From NCBI GenBank assembly GCA_963693555.1, contig CAVOAA010000001.1:1-46072 (forward strand): 46,072 bases of DNA, given 5' to 3'. This stretch comes from Dehalococcoidia bacterium (GTDB lineage: Bacteria; Chloroflexota; Dehalococcoidia; Lucifugimonadales; UBA3495). The translations under genes and the position numbers were made by a program. The notes below the pieces were generated by a model. That model ran no database searches and was not told the DNA's origin. It was given only the letters and a program-made list of their open reading frames with translations. Of the stretch, positions 45,587 to 46,072 are shown one piece after another; position 1 is the first letter of the stretch, and each line of letters begins with the position of its first letter.

Positions 45587-46072
45587 TCAGAGGTTGAGCT
45601 GCGGCACCAAGTAGCCAGACTTCTTCTTGTAGATCTGAAGGCGGCTGCGTTGGGTGTCCGCTACCATAAGGCGGTTGTTGGCCGAGTCCCATTCCACCGC
45701 GGTGGGCTGGGCGAACGTCCATTCCGGCTCGGTGGTCCGGACTTCCCGGCGGCGCTTGGCGTAGTCGTCGTTGGCGTCGACAGTCATCTGGGCCCACTGG
45801 GAAAGCTGTTGTGCGTCACCGACCAAAGAGGTCAAGAACTTGCCCTCGGAGGTGTAGATGTGCACCCGGCCGCGGTCCCAGCGATTGGCGCTCCAGTCGC
45901 AAACATAGATGTCGCCTTCTGGGTCGACAGCCACGTCAGTCGGGTCGTTCAGGTCGCCGCGTTTTTTACCCGGGCGGCCGATCTGAAGTTCAAACGTGCC
46001 GTCGGCCGAGAACTTCTGGACCCGATGGTTGTTGAAATCCGCAACGTAGACCTTGCCGTCGTTGTCTACGGT
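45587..46072 (-). CDS. NHL-repeat beta-propeller protein, C-terminal part (5' end lies outside the window)
   Basis: The frame is open to the window edge (..TVDNDGKVYVADFNNHRVQKFSADGTF...DPTDVAVDPEGDIYVCDW...). The C-terminus ADTQRSRLQIYKK parallels ADTTRHRFQIYRK of the 2393-3472 protein. Confidence 0.8.
   Translation of the reverse strand, partial: TVDNDGKVYVADFNNHRVQKFSADGTFELQIGRPGKKRGDLNDPTDVAVDPEGDIYVCDWSANRWDRGRVHIYTSEGKFLTSLVGDAQQLSQWAQMTVDANDDYAKRRREVRTTEPEWTFAQPTAVEWDSANNRLMVADTQRSRLQIYKKKSGYLVPQLNL

Noticed and set aside
1-46072. Mobile genetic element, prophage, defence island or biosynthetic gene cluster
   Set aside because: No integrase, transposase, recombinase, phage structural, restriction/Cas/abortive-infection or core biosynthetic (PKS, NRPS, rSAM RiPP) signatures appear in any frame. 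The only mobile-looking sequences are short REP/MITE-like repeats.

Overview
Densely coding, visibly GC-rich bacterial chromosomal segment with short AT-rich intergenic islands. I can support 35 protein-coding genes plus one speculative small ORF. I recognised no rRNA, tRNA, CRISPR array, transposase, integrase or phage genes. The centre is a minus-strand housekeeping block: secA, pyrD, rpoC, rpoB (25.1-37.2 kb). The flanks carry metabolic and accessory genes. These include two tandem hemerythrin-like paralogues, two NHL beta-propeller paralogues (one at each end), and an HpcH-type aldolase. There is a sulfur module (MBL/rhodanese persulfide-dioxygenase-like gene plus a cytoplasmic sulfite-oxidase-family Mo enzyme). 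An XDH-family Mo-hydroxylase large subunit is coupled to a CysO/MoaD-like GG protein. Further genes are an acyl-CoA dehydrogenase, a fused HyuA-HyuB hydantoinase/oxoprolinase, and a split TPP decarboxylase (ComDE-like). A copper operon reads csoR, tandem DUF1330, copA, YHS/His-rich protein, followed by a 13-repeat LRR protein. The right flank holds an MFS transporter with a dihydropyrimidinase, then a small AraC-linked detox cluster. The most interesting observations: (1) a CMD/AhpD-like gene is split by an in-frame TGA exactly at the second redox-Cys position, with a SECIS-like hairpin 12 nt downstream, making it a candidate CxxU selenoprotein; (2) the CstB-like MBL-rhodanese gene has an in-frame TAA replacing a conserved Tyr at codon 16; (3) the orphan XDH large subunit is coupled to the CysO-like sulfur carrier; (4) a double DUF1330 protein sits where CopZ normally sits; (5) a family of modular REP/MITE-like intergenic repeats is dispersed through the window. 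I found no clear novel multi-gene system such as a defence island. The gene content and repeat types are compatible with a marine or sponge-associated Chloroflexota-like genome, but that is only a weak inference.
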